Assembly: GCA_963772455.1 (NCBI GenBank) | Contig: CAVYXJ010000007.1 | Coordinates: forward strand, 64,001-128,000 | Reading direction: 5' to 3' | Length of the DNA: 64,000 nucleotides | Source: Candidatus Bathyarchaeota archaeon | Lineage (GTDB): Archaea; Thermoproteota; Bathyarchaeia; Bathyarchaeales; Bathycorpusculaceae | Part shown: positions 9,975-20,016 of the stretch, one piece after another | Layout: each line of letters begins with the position of its first letter | Numbering within the stretch: position 1 is the stretch's first letter | The notes under the pieces: model-generated | Seen by the model: the letters and a program-made list of their open reading frames with translations, nothing else | What the model was told of the DNA's origin: nothing | Databases searched by the model: none | Translations under genes and position numbers: made by a program

Positions 9975-10736
9975 GTGAAACAGCCAAAAATAGTTGCATT
10001 GGAAAACCTAGATGAGGAACCTTACGCCTCAATAGTGTGCTATCCAAGAACAAACCCAACAGAAATCTATCACCGAATAGAGGAAATGCAACAACATGGG
10101 ATTACATCAATTGAATTTGTAGGGAAAACAAATGCTTCAAACATTCCTGTACTTGGCAAAGGTTACGTAGGAGTGGTCGTAGTTGCGAATGCGAAAGACC
10201 AAAAATTTGCGTTGAAAATGCGACGAATCGATGCAGACCGCTTAGACTTTACGCATGAAGCAGAAATGCTCCAGAAAGCCAATGCAATCGGTGTTGGCCC
10301 TAAATTCATTGCTGTGAGCAACAATTTTCTTTTATCCCAACTAATTGACGGTGATTTACTTGAAGATTGGTTGCAAACTCCAAAAGAAAAAGACCTTATC
10401 CGCAAGGTTTTAGTCGAAATTCTGGAGCAATGCTGGAGTCTAGATGAAGCAGGCTTAGACCATGGAGAACTCAGCAAAGCACCTAAACATTTGCTCGTGG
10501 ATAAGATGGATAAGCCTTTCATTGTTGACTTTGAAACTGCAAGCACAATGCGGAAAGTGATTAATGTTACGTCGGTTTGTCAGTTTCTTTTTATGGGAAA
10601 CAGCAGGGCAGCCAAGATGTTAGAAGAAATTTTCGGCAAGAAAAGTAGGTTAGCATTAATTTCTGGTTTGAAAAAATTTAAAAAGAATTCAACTAGAAAG
10701 AATTTTGAAGATTTACTCGATTTGTGCCTTTCATAA
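9975..10736 (+). CDS. Archaeal RIO/Bud32-like Ser/Thr protein kinase
   Basis: LGKGYVGVV, ALKMRR, HGELS, IVDFETA. Confidence 0.8.
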   Translation: MKQPKIVALENLDEEPYASIVCYPRTNPTEIYHRIEEMQQHGITSIEFVGKTNASNIPVLGKGYVGVVVVANAKDQKFALKMRRIDADRLDFTHEAEMLQKANAIGVGPKFIAVSNNFLLSQLIDGDLLEDWLQTPKEKDLIRKVLVEILEQCWSLDEAGLDHGELSKAPKHLLVDKMDKPFIVDFETASTMRKVINVTSVCQFLFMGNSRAAKMLEEIFGKKSRLALISGLKKFKKNSTRKNFEDLLDLCLS

Positions 10737-10748
10737 GTTGTAGGGAGT

Positions 10749-11834
10749 TTAGGCAAGGATGTCTTGCAGTCTTTTTTGTTTTATGGCTTCTTTAAATTCC
10801 ATTGCTATCCGTCTGCCCATGTACATGTTCTCGCCGTACTTCAGATAGGCGTATGGTGATGTTCCGATTCCAACATTGGTACCTGCAACGATGCGTGCGC
10901 TGATTTCGAATGTATAAATTTTTGCTTCGTCGGTAATTACGGTTTCAAGGCAGAAGGGTCCAATGATTCCGGGTGGCGCAAGTTCACGTGCTTTTTTGTG
11001 GACGTTTTCTCCCATACGCATGATCTCAGGCAACAAAGATTCGCGAAGAACTATTGGGAAGTTGCCGATTACGGTGTATGTGGGGTTTATGTCGATTTCG
11101 AGTTGTTGGCAAGCTGGAATTTTGCCAATCGAGTCCACCGCGGATTCGTAGCGTCTATCAACGCAGAGCATTTCGACGTCATCATTTATGATAGAGCTAA
11201 AGTAGCTTGGGTAAACATTAACGCCCAATGCGTATTCTTGCAAGTGGATATTTGGCAAATCATCCTTTGTGAGCATGCCTCGTTTGACCATTTCGTTGAA
11301 TTGTTTGTAGAAGTTCTTGGGTGAGTTGGCGAGGAAGTATCCTCTACCACCTTTGGCGCCTTGAAGTTTGGCTATGATTAGGCGGTCGATATCTTCAGGG
11401 GTTTTGAATGTTGCTGGCAATAAGAGTCCAGCTTGGCGTAGCCATTCTTCTTGGCTTTTACGGTTTGCTTCCCAATGGAGAAGTTGGCGGTTGCCAAACA
11501 TGGGCACCATAAGTTTGTCAGTCAACTCTTCTGTGCTAAGGTATGCGGTGAATGAGCCGTGTGGAATTAAAACCACGTTGAGCTTGCGGAGTCGCTCCTG
11601 CATTTTTTCTGCCATTAACTCTGTAAAGTCTTTAACAATTATTAGCTCGTCAACCAATGGGTACTTCTTGTACATTATTGCATCTTTTTCTTTGCAGATG
11701 CAGACGGTTCGGAAACCTTCTTCTTTGGCACCCTTGAAAATGTTTAGTGAGCTATGAGAGCCCAATGTGCCGATGGCAAGCTTGCTTTGGTCATATTTGC
11801 CGATGATTTTGCCGATGTCATCGCCTGTTATCAT
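10749..11834 (-). CDS. purP: PurP family formate-dependent ATP-grasp ligase (FAICAR synthetase)
   Basis: GSHSSLNIFKGAKEEGF, PHGSF, GAKGGRGYF, DRRYES, GPFCLET, FEISARIVAGTN. Confidence 0.9.
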   Translation of the reverse strand: MITGDDIGKIIGKYDQSKLAIGTLGSHSSLNIFKGAKEEGFRTVCICKEKDAIMYKKYPLVDELIIVKDFTELMAEKMQERLRKLNVVLIPHGSFTAYLSTEELTDKLMVPMFGNRQLLHWEANRKSQEEWLRQAGLLLPATFKTPEDIDRLIIAKLQGAKGGRGYFLANSPKNFYKQFNEMVKRGMLTKDDLPNIHLQEYALGVNVYPSYFSSIINDDVEMLCVDRRYESAVDSIGKIPACQQLEIDINPTYTVIGNFPIVLRESLLPEIMRMGENVHKKARELAPPGIIGPFCLETVITDEAKIYTFEISARIVAGTNVGIGTSPYAYLKYGENMYMGRRIAMEFKEAIKQKRLQDILA

Positions 11835-12928
11835 GTTACCACTTCGGCAAGACGCTTTTTCCTGACTGCACGTTTAATCTCCATGGCGACGCGTTTACCT
11901 GGCCCAACTTCCACACCGTACTTGTATTTCATGTATGGCGAGGTTGGCTCGACGCATGGGCAGCCTGGGACACGGGGACTGACATCGAAAACGCAGAATT
12001 CTAAGTCTTTGGTTATTGCACCCTGAAGTGCAAAAAGCCCAATCATACCGGGCGGGAACTCTTTCTTACATATTTGCACCCAACGCTCTGCAGCTTCAAA
12101 GATTTTTTCAAGTTGACTTTCCCTCATAGTTGCGCCCATATGCCCAATTTCGATGTTCTGTGTGGGTATGTTTAGTTCGAGTTGTTCTTTGGCGGGTAGG
12201 TCAAGAACACCATCAAGATCGGTCTGGATTCGTCTATCGAAACCAAGCAGGTCTATGTCGTCAGTTAAGGGTGACCAGAAATAGTTCGCGTTAAATTTGG
12301 CGCCTATAACGTATTCTTCGATGACGGATTGGTTGAGGGCTTCACGAGTTATGATACCGGCTTTTATCCGTTTTTGGGCTTCCCGCTCATACTCCTCAGG
12401 CGTCGAAGCGTAGAAGAATGCTCGTTCAATTGCGCGACCTTTCTCAGCGACTTTTACTATAGCGGGGCAATCGATGTCTGCTGGTGATTTGAAGGCGCGG
12501 GGAAGTTTTATTCCTGCTTCCTTTAGGAGCCAGAGCTGGTTTTTTGGTGCCGTGCGTTCTTCAGTTTTTAGCAGATACCTGTTTCCCATGAGAGGAACAG
12601 AGAATTTCTGTTCTATGGCTTCGTAGCCTGCATATACGCTAAACGAGCGGTTGGGAACGAAGACTGTGTTTAGTTCGGTTAGTTGCTTTACGACCTCTGG
12701 AGTTGTGATATCTGAGAATTTATCCAGAAAAATAAATTTGTCAAAGATGTTTCGATAGTATCGGGCATAGGTTTTTTCTCTACCTTTTTGGCACACAACT
12801 ACAGTTTTGAAGCCTTCCTGTTTAGCCCCTGAAGCAATTTCTAGGGCCGAATGCGAACCTAAGACGCCTATATAGATTTTCTCTTGGTTATAATCGGCTA
12901 ACGTTTGTTTTATTTTGTCTTGCATCAT
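11831..12928 (-). CDS. purP: Second PurP-like ATP-grasp ligase
   Basis: GSHSALEIASGAKQEGF, PNRSF, ERAFF, DRRIQTDLDG, DVSPRVPG; 4-nt overlaps on both sides. Confidence 0.85.
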   Translation of the reverse strand: MMQDKIKQTLADYNQEKIYIGVLGSHSALEIASGAKQEGFKTVVVCQKGREKTYARYYRNIFDKFIFLDKFSDITTPEVVKQLTELNTVFVPNRSFSVYAGYEAIEQKFSVPLMGNRYLLKTEERTAPKNQLWLLKEAGIKLPRAFKSPADIDCPAIVKVAEKGRAIERAFFYASTPEEYEREAQKRIKAGIITREALNQSVIEEYVIGAKFNANYFWSPLTDDIDLLGFDRRIQTDLDGVLDLPAKEQLELNIPTQNIEIGHMGATMRESQLEKIFEAAERWVQICKKEFPPGMIGLFALQGAITKDLEFCVFDVSPRVPGCPCVEPTSPYMKYKYGVEVGPGKRVAMEIKRAVRKKRLAEVVT

Positions 12929-13983
12929 GCTTTTTCACCCATAAAGTCCTTGTAAGCGTTAATTACTTTGGCTAGCTTTGGAGTATCAAATAGTTTAATG
13001 TTTGTCATCTCGTTTGCAACTGCCATGTACATTTGGCTGATGATTGTTTTAAGTTTGGAGTCAAGTTTGGGCGGCTGCGATTTGCAGAGAGACTTCCAAT
13101 CTTGGACTCCTTTGGCTTCTGCATCTTTCTTAGCCTGCTCTAAATCGTTGTACCAGCCAGTTTTCTTGTAGAATTGCCTGGCGACCTCTTTGCTGACGTG
13201 GACGCCATCGTAAGTAAAGCGGCATTCATCTAAAGTGCCTAAAACGTCCACGAGCATAAGTTTTCTTTTATCGTCGAACGCCAATTCGATCTTGCCATCC
13301 TCATTCTTCAAACCAGCGTTTGAGGCAGCCTTCGATATTGTTTTATCCGCTTTCAGGAGAACGGCTTTGATATCAGCGAGTTCTAGATCATTTAAGCCAG
13401 CGATTTTCTGTGCCTCTGCCCAAGTGATGTAGCGGTCAGTTTCTTCTAGTTTAGTGCTTACGTCGAAGATTGGTTTGGAGAGAGTTTCGCCTGGTTTGGG
13501 CTGGTGATCTAATCCAAGTTCTTTTAGGGTTACTTTCCCCGTTGCTAGCCGTTTGAATACTGATGAGCCTTCTGGTAAGCCGTTTCTGTAGATTATTTCC
13601 AGCGGAATAAGGCAGTTTTTGAGGACAGACATATACATGCTGTAATCGTGAACTATTTTGCCATTTGCTACAGTTGTTTTTGGCCTGTAAACATTAACCA
13701 GAGCAACTTCCATAGTGCTTGAGGGCGCCATGAGCTCAGCAACTTTGACGGCTTTACCTTTCTCATTAACCAAGCCCTTGTAATGGGTCTTAACTCCAAC
13801 ATTTTCCAGCTGTTCAAAACAGTAAGCACCCATATGACAGAGAGCCGCGCCTTTGCCTTCAATATGATCAGGCATTTCGCCCCAATCAAAAACGCTGTAA
13901 CGATCCGAAAACAGGAATCTGCCTGTGCCCAACTCGGTTTGGGTTGGTTTCTGGATTACATGTAGGTCTTTTACGCTGCCCAT
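12925..13983 (-). CDS. purC: SAICAR synthetase
   Basis: GSVKD, FSDRYSVFDWG, IPLEIIYRN, STKLE, DGKIE, DVLGTLDECRF. Confidence 0.92.
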   Translation of the reverse strand: MGSVKDLHVIQKPTQTELGTGRFLFSDRYSVFDWGEMPDHIEGKGAALCHMGAYCFEQLENVGVKTHYKGLVNEKGKAVKVAELMAPSSTMEVALVNVYRPKTTVANGKIVHDYSMYMSVLKNCLIPLEIIYRNGLPEGSSVFKRLATGKVTLKELGLDHQPKPGETLSKPIFDVSTKLEETDRYITWAEAQKIAGLNDLELADIKAVLLKADKTISKAASNAGLKNEDGKIELAFDDKRKLMLVDVLGTLDECRFTYDGVHVSKEVARQFYKKTGWYNDLEQAKKDAEAKGVQDWKSLCKSQPPKLDSKLKTIISQMYMAVANEMTNIKLFDTPKLAKVINAYKDFMGEKA

Positions 13984-14128
13984 CTTGGTTGCCTCAAATT
14001 ATTTGGTAATTATTGTTTTTGTGCTTATATCGCTTTATCTTACATTCACTTTCAAAACAGACTAAAACTATAGTTATTCAGAAACCGGTCTGTTGGTAAT
14101 TCTTAAAGCTGTTAAAATTTAAAAGAGG

Positions 14129-14609
14129 TCATTTTAGTTTTTTGACTGTTTCGTTGGCTTTTTCGAGTTCTTTCTTTTTGCTTTCTTGGTAAGCCTTCAC
14201 GTTGATTTCCAATTCTTTGTCCTGTAACCCTAAAATTTTTGCAGTTGCGATTGCTGCTCCTTCAGGTTCAATAGTCACAACAGAGCCAATACCGCTTGGC
14301 ACTCTAAGCGATGACAGAATGTCTGCGCCAGCGAATTTGTCGCTGTAAGGCGGACAAGCGATAACGGGTTTTGTAGTGTTGCCATCGATGAAAGCGCTCA
14401 AAGCGTTTGAGCGACCTGCAACTGTGACAAAAACCACGTTTTCCTTTTCAAATTCTCCGATTATTTCAAGTACCATCTGTGGAGTTTTATGGGCAGATGC
14501 AACCCGAAACTCATAGTTTATCCCTAAAAGTTTAAGAAAATTTGCGATTTCACGAGAAAAACCCAAATCTCGTTCTGAACCCATAATTATTACAGCTTTT
14601 CCAGCCATG
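14129..14609 (-). CDS. purE: AIR carboxylase / N5-CAIR mutase
   Basis: IIMGSERD, VASAHKTP, AGRSNAL, PVIACP; start approximate. Confidence 0.92.
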
Positions 14610-14698
14610 ATTAAATCACTTGACAACTTTAAATCAAAACGGGCTAATTAATATTTAATCAAGCACAAAAAGGAAAGGCGGTTTTTTGTCCTTTGCTG

Positions 14699-15262
14699 CT
14701 AGGTTTCTCCGAAAAATCTTTGCTCAAACCGTTTAACCCACGAAGGAGCCTTAAATAAAGCGTATATCAACGTGCCGAGCAAGCCGAAACCGATGGCGAT
14801 TAACACGGGCATAAGAATGAAAATTATTAGAGGTGCACCTTCAGTTACGAACACATAAGCTAGAAATACCCAGACAGCAGTCAAAACTGCTGACAGCAGA
14901 ATGCTTAATGTTAGGAATGCTTTCACGATGGGTTGGAGACTTGTTTTTTGGGATAAGACAGCGATTTTAACGTAATTCTCGTCTTCAGAGCTGGTTTTTT
15001 GTTCGATCAGGTCAAGGTGCTCGATTGCTTTTTTGCCAAAAGGAGTTAAGACGTAATGTTGGTTGTTGTTTTTTTCGATTAGACCATTCAATTGTTCCAA
15101 ATGGTAATTTAGTTTTCCCGTTGAAATTCCAATTTCAGTGATTAGTTCGGTGTAGGATATTCCTTGGTTTCTCGATTGTACAAGCCTAATTATTGTTCTT
15201 CTGGTTGAGTGAGCCAAAGCTTGGAAAGTAACATTTTCAATTTGTTCAGTTTGGTTCATCAT
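14699..15262 (-). CDS. ArsR-like winged-helix regulator with two C-terminal TM helices
   Basis: FQALAHSTRRTII...STGKLNYHLEQL..LIEK..YVLTPFG followed by two hydrophobic segments. Confidence 0.8.
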   Translation of the reverse strand: MMNQTEQIENVTFQALAHSTRRTIIRLVQSRNQGISYTELITEIGISTGKLNYHLEQLNGLIEKNNNQHYVLTPFGKKAIEHLDLIEQKTSSEDENYVKIAVLSQKTSLQPIVKAFLTLSILLSAVLTAVWVFLAYVFVTEGAPLIIFILMPVLIAIGFGLLGTLIYALFKAPSWVKRFEQRFFGET

Positions 15263-15505
15263 ATGCTTTTCCTCAGAAACCTAATGTTTAATGAGTGCTT
15301 AAATCGGTTTTTAACAATTATATCTTGACAACTTTTCCGATGCTCACGACCCATGTGGGCGAATGGACAGATGATCAAACGATTGAGTTCTGTTGGAAAG
15401 CATTTCACGAGAAAGAGGATTTGGAAGAAAAATAAATTGTGAACTGGGTTAGTGAAGACCTGATTGAAGTGAAGAAAACAGATCATTCTAAAGACAAAAT
15501 AAAGC

Positions 15506-16027
15506 TTAGCTCCAACTACGTTTTGAGAAGAAAAGAGGACGCTGAACCAGCAACTCAAGAAGCAACTTAGTTAACCGTTCTGCCTGCGCCTCAACTTCAA
15601 CGCTCAAACCTTCACCAAACTCCATATTTTTTGGCTCAATAAGCAACAGACCAATTTTTGCATTTGTCGCTTGTTTTAGATGTTCACAGAAAATCTTCAA
15701 AGGCAATGCATGTGTTGAAATTGCGGAGTAATCCATCATTCGTTCTGCATCTACAAGGCTGGCTTCGCCAGGTTTTAGCTCCAAAAAAGCAGCATCAACC
15801 AATAGGACATGCGTGGGTTTGAATTTCTCTATCTCCGAGAGGTAGTTTTCTGGAACCGTCTCACATTCCAAAAGACAAACAGTCTCTGGAACTTTGCCTC
15901 GCAAATTTTCGACGATTTTTAACCCAACGTAATCGTCTGTGCGAATCGGATTCCCAATGCCGGCTACCACAATTTTTTTGGCATCGGCAAACCAGTTTTT
16001 AAGGTCTTTTTCAACTGCAGTAGACAT
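15506..16027 (-). CDS. hycI: Hydrogenase maturation endopeptidase (HycI type)
   Basis: GIGNPIRTDD.VG, VPEN, VDAA, STHALP; next to the hydrogenase genes. Confidence 0.9.
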   Translation of the reverse strand: MSTAVEKDLKNWFADAKKIVVAGIGNPIRTDDYVGLKIVENLRGKVPETVCLLECETVPENYLSEIEKFKPTHVLLVDAAFLELKPGEASLVDAERMMDYSAISTHALPLKIFCEHLKQATNAKIGLLLIEPKNMEFGEGLSVEVEAQAERLTKLLLELLVQRPLFFSKRSWS

Positions 16028-16103
16028 AAAAACACCTGTTAAGAGAGAATAGAGTTAGGTTAGTAAAAGATTACCTCGAAAGGCTTGATCAAAGTAAATC
16101 TGA

Positions 16104-16577
16104 TTAATTGGCGATGAGAGTTTTGCACCAATCGACAATTTGTTTTTCCGATTCAGTTTTGTTTTCTAAAGCGCTAATTAATGTAAGTTCTCCTATGCAT
16201 TCAGCGTTGGGGATTAAAGCTTTTGTTTCGTCGATGGCTTGAGGTTTTTTGCCTCCTTGAGTGAAGAAAATAGCTACCTTCTTATCTGCAAAATCGTGTT
16301 TTTTAAGGTAGGTTAAGATTGCCGGGGCAGGTCGTCCAGCCCAAACAGGAGTTCCAACAATTACTAAATCATATTCAGCAAGTGACTTCTTGGTTGGAGA
16401 TATTTCGGTCTCTTTTCCACGTCTAGCATCAGAACCCCCGCTTAGATAACCAAGTGCGCCCGTTCGCTTTTTGAGGTCAATAACTTCTTCGACGTCTGCA
16501 CCTATTTCTGCGGCAATTGTTTCAGCGACGAAACGCGCATTGCCAGTACGTGTATAGTAAACGACTAAACTTTTCAA
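16104..16577 (-). CDS. Flavodoxin-like protein
   Basis: YYTRTGNAR, YDLVIVGTPVWAG, FFTQGG. Confidence 0.85.
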   Translation of the reverse strand: MKSLVVYYTRTGNARFVAETIAAEIGADVEEVIDLKKRTGALGYLSGGSDARRGKETEISPTKKSLAEYDLVIVGTPVWAGRPAPAILTYLKKHDFADKKVAIFFTQGGKKPQAIDETKALIPNAECIGELTLISALENKTESEKQIVDWCKTLIAN

Positions 16578-16688
16578 GTGAAATCCCTAAACAACGTTAT
16601 ATTCGATTTTAATTGCATATAAGATTTACTTTTAGCTTAAAATTAAAAATAATGAAATAGAGGTTGCCCAAAGAAGAAATGGGCTAAA

Positions 16689-18143
16689 CTATCGAGACAC
16701 TGAGCTGACTAATTGTTTTTGGGCGTTGAAAACTTCAACTGTTAATGGCATTTGCCCGATTGCAGCATGTGTTGCACATCCAAAGCATGGGTCGTATGCT
16801 CGGAAAGCCATTTCAATCCTGTTGAGGATACCTTGGTCTACTTTGCCGTTGTGAATTAGGCCTTTTGCTGCGTCTCTTATGCTCATGCAGATTGCAGGGT
16901 AATTGTTTGTTGTTGCAACAATTAGGTTTACGTCTTTTACGAGTGCGTCTTTGTCTAAGGTGTAGTGGTGGATTAGTGTGCCGCGTGCTGCTTCAACGAT
17001 GCCTACCCCTTCAGTGGGTTCGCCTGGCGTGTTGCGTACGTTTGTGCTTGTGATTTCTGGGTCTTTAATCAATTCCATCGCCCTTTCTGTTGCGTAGAGA
17101 AGTTCAATTAGTCTTGCCCAGTGGAAAGCTAAGGTGCTGTGAACTGGTTTGCCACCTAGCGTCTTGTACATTTCTTGGTATTCTGCTTGTGCAAGTGGAG
17201 TTGCCATTCCGTCGGATGCGTTTAAGCGTGCAAGTGGTCCAACGCGGTAGACGCCACTGTCTACGCCAGCAACTTGTCCTTTCCAGCCGATTGCTTTAAG
17301 GTATGGGAATTTGCTGTATGTCCATTCTTCGACGTGTTCGCCGATGTGATTGAGGTAGTCCTTGGGTTCAAACTTGAGGAATTCCTTGCCTGTTGGGTCG
17401 ACAACTCGGATTTTGCCGTCGTAAAAGTTGACTTTGTTGTTTTTGTCTACCATACCCATGTAATAGGTGGGCATAGTGTAATTGGGGCTTTTTATCATTT
17501 CAACGTATTTTGTGTTGCCCAAAACTATGTCATGGAAGATTTTTAGTGTGAACTGTGCAAAATTGACGCAGGAAGAAGCCATCTTTTCGATTTCTTGCCT
17601 GTTCTCTTCGCTAAGTGCTTTGGAAATTCCGCCTGGTAATCCACAGACTGGGTGGGTTGCTTTGCCACCGATGATTTCAGTTATTTTTTGTCCGTATGCA
17701 CGATGTTTAATGACTTCAGCTGCAATTGGCATACCAACTTTCTCGATTACACCTAAGATGTTGCGTTTTTCTGCTGGAGCGTCCGGTCCAACGATGAAGT
17801 CTGGTCCACCAAGATAGTAAAAGTGCAATGTGTGGTCATAAATGAAATAAGCAGTGTACATTAGTTCTCGAAGTTTCTTTGCTGGTGAGGTCGGTTCAAC
17901 ATTAAACGCTGCGTCTAATGCTTTGGCAGCTGCAAAGTGGTGAGCTACTGGGCAGACACCGCAGATTCGGGTGGTGAGTTGGGGCATGAGTTCTGCTCTT
18001 CTGCCAATGCAGAATTTCTCGAAACCTCTTAGTTCAGGAATTTTGAGGTAAGCGTTCTCGACTTCGCCTTGGTCGTTTAGGAATATGGATACGTTTCCGT
18101 GTCCTTCAAGGCGAGTAATTGGGTCTATTACTATTTCTTTCAT
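16689..18143 (-). CDS. mvhA: [NiFe]-hydrogenase large subunit, group 3c
   Basis: TRLEGHG, RICGVC, EAARGTLIHHY, RAYDPCFGCATH plus cleavable C-terminal tail. Confidence 0.93.
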   Translation of the reverse strand: MKEIVIDPITRLEGHGNVSIFLNDQGEVENAYLKIPELRGFEKFCIGRRAELMPQLTTRICGVCPVAHHFAAAKALDAAFNVEPTSPAKKLRELMYTAYFIYDHTLHFYYLGGPDFIVGPDAPAEKRNILGVIEKVGMPIAAEVIKHRAYGQKITEIIGGKATHPVCGLPGGISKALSEENRQEIEKMASSCVNFAQFTLKIFHDIVLGNTKYVEMIKSPNYTMPTYYMGMVDKNNKVNFYDGKIRVVDPTGKEFLKFEPKDYLNHIGEHVEEWTYSKFPYLKAIGWKGQVAGVDSGVYRVGPLARLNASDGMATPLAQAEYQEMYKTLGGKPVHSTLAFHWARLIELLYATERAMELIKDPEITSTNVRNTPGEPTEGVGIVEAARGTLIHHYTLDKDALVKDVNLIVATTNNYPAICMSIRDAAKGLIHNGKVDQGILNRIEMAFRAYDPCFGCATHAAIGQMPLTVEVFNAQKQLVSSVSR

Positions 18144-19126
18144 TTTTGTATCACCTTTCTTTTTAAGATTGAATTTGGCAAACCGTACATGTACACTGTG
18201 CCAACTGGGTCTTTAACTTGGTTGATTAATGTTTCAATTTCTTTTTCAGTGTACTTTGTTTTGCCTTCTACCCCGTCGTAACCTAAAATTGAGGCTAAAG
18301 CGGTTATCATTGCTGCACCTTGCTCTGGCACATTTGGGGCAGGTCCGCCGCATCCCGTGCATGGCATGTCAACTTTTAAGCATTGAGCACCACAGCCGCT
18401 TCTAGTTGCCATTCCCATGCAGATTATGCCTTGTTCCATAAGACATTTTTCTGGTTCAGGAATTTTCTCGTAGACTCTGTAGATTTTATCGATTTTTTTG
18501 TTTTCACGTTTTCTAGGACATTCGTCGCATACTGCTTTGAGTGGTGCAAGTACTGAGCCTTTTGGCGGCAGTTTGTTATTTGCAATTGCATCAACGGCGG
18601 CTGCTATTAGTTTAACTGGAGGAGGGCAACCTGGAAGGAAATAGTCTACGTCTACGGTTTGAGCAAGGGTTTTAACTGTATCGTAGAATTCTGGGATTTT
18701 CAAAGTCCCTTCTTTGACTTGAGTTTGAGTTTTAGGTGTAGTACCTTGCGGGTTGATGTTTGATTTGTCTTTTATGTAAACTTGATCGAAAATTTCTTTT
18801 TTGGTATTTAGATTTGCTAACCCTGGAATGCAACCTTCGTGGGCACATGAGCCAAAGGCAACTAAGGTTTTGGATTTTGCTCTTAGCAATTTAGCCATGT
18901 GTTCTTGTTCTGAGTTGCGAATTGAACCGTTGAAGAATGTTATATCGATGTGTTTGTCTGGTAGAGCTTCGATGTCTTTGTATTTGACATCTATCGCTAC
19001 AGGCCAGAACACTATGTCAGCGAGTTTTACAACGTCAAGGATTTTCTCATTTAAGTCTAAGACGGCTATTTCGCAACCGCCACAGCTTGCAGCCCAATAG
19101 AAGGCTATTTTTAATTTTTCAGTCAC
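18140..19126 (-). CDS. mvhG: [NiFe]-hydrogenase small subunit
   Basis: SCGGCE, GSCA, PGCPP, VCDEC, CLMEQGIICMG..TRSGC...C..C.GC.G. Confidence 0.92.
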   Translation of the reverse strand: MTEKLKIAFYWAASCGGCEIAVLDLNEKILDVVKLADIVFWPVAIDVKYKDIEALPDKHIDITFFNGSIRNSEQEHMAKLLRAKSKTLVAFGSCAHEGCIPGLANLNTKKEIFDQVYIKDKSNINPQGTTPKTQTQVKEGTLKIPEFYDTVKTLAQTVDVDYFLPGCPPPVKLIAAAVDAIANNKLPPKGSVLAPLKAVCDECPRKRENKKIDKIYRVYEKIPEPEKCLMEQGIICMGMATRSGCGAQCLKVDMPCTGCGGPAPNVPEQGAAMITALASILGYDGVEGKTKYTEKEIETLINQVKDPVGTVYMYGLPNSILKRKVIQK

Positions 19127-20016
19127 GGTTTGTTTGCTCCCAGATTCAATTGTTTTAATAGGTTTGATGCATTTACTCGGAGTTCATTGAACGCTAACTC
19201 TTCAGGCGTCATACCCATTGCTAAACCGAGCAGTTGTGGGTAATGAAGTACTGGAATACCATAGGTCTCATTAAACAGTTTTTCTATGCGTAACTCGTTA
19301 GTATCATACATAATGTGGCAAAATGGGCAAATGGTGATTAAAGCTTGGGCTTCAACTTGTTTAACATGATTTAGTTTATCCCTTGCCAATGCCAAAGCAA
19401 CTTTATCACTTACCCCAACACTGGGTGCACCACAACATTCTGTTTCGTCAACATAATCAAGACATGTTGCACCTGTTGCTTCAATGAGAGTTTTTAGAGT
19501 TTGTGGATCTTCTGGATCGTCGAAGCCAATAATTTCTTTAGGTCGCAGAATATGGCAACCATTGTGTTCAGCAACCTTCAAACCCGTCAAGGGTTTAACC
19601 ACTGATGCTTTAATTTTTTCATAGCCAACATCTTCCCTCAGTAGTTGTAAGAGATGTTTTGTTTCAATAGTTCCTTTGAATTCCATACCTACTTCTTTGA
19701 GGTGACTGTTGATTTGCTCCTTGAGGGCTTTGTCTTCTTTTAGGGCTTTGTTAACTTTCTTTAAAGTTCCAGCGCAGCCTGGACAAAGAGTAAGAATGTT
19801 AAGTCCTTGTTGTTCAGCTAACGCCAAGTTTTTTGCAGCTAAAATTAGCATGGTTTCATGACTTACAGGATCAAGAGGTAAACCACAACAATTGAATTCG
19901 GGCATTTCGACAAGTTCAACGCCAAGTTTAGCGAGAACTTTACGTGAAGAAATTTCATAAGATGAAACACGATATGGAATGGCGCATCCTAGAAATATCA
20001 GATATTTATTGCCCAC
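19123..20016 (-). CDS. hdrB: Heterodisulfide reductase subunit B
   Basis: Two CCG domains (GC...CCG...CPGC; GCH...CCG...CPFCH), PVLHYPQLLGLAMG. Confidence 0.9.
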   Translation of the reverse strand: MGNKYLIFLGCAIPYRVSSYEISSRKVLAKLGVELVEMPEFNCCGLPLDPVSHETMLILAAKNLALAEQQGLNILTLCPGCAGTLKKVNKALKEDKALKEQINSHLKEVGMEFKGTIETKHLLQLLREDVGYEKIKASVVKPLTGLKVAEHNGCHILRPKEIIGFDDPEDPQTLKTLIEATGATCLDYVDETECCGAPSVGVSDKVALALARDKLNHVKQVEAQALITICPFCHIMYDTNELRIEKLFNETYGIPVLHYPQLLGLAMGMTPEELAFNELRVNASNLLKQLNLGANKP

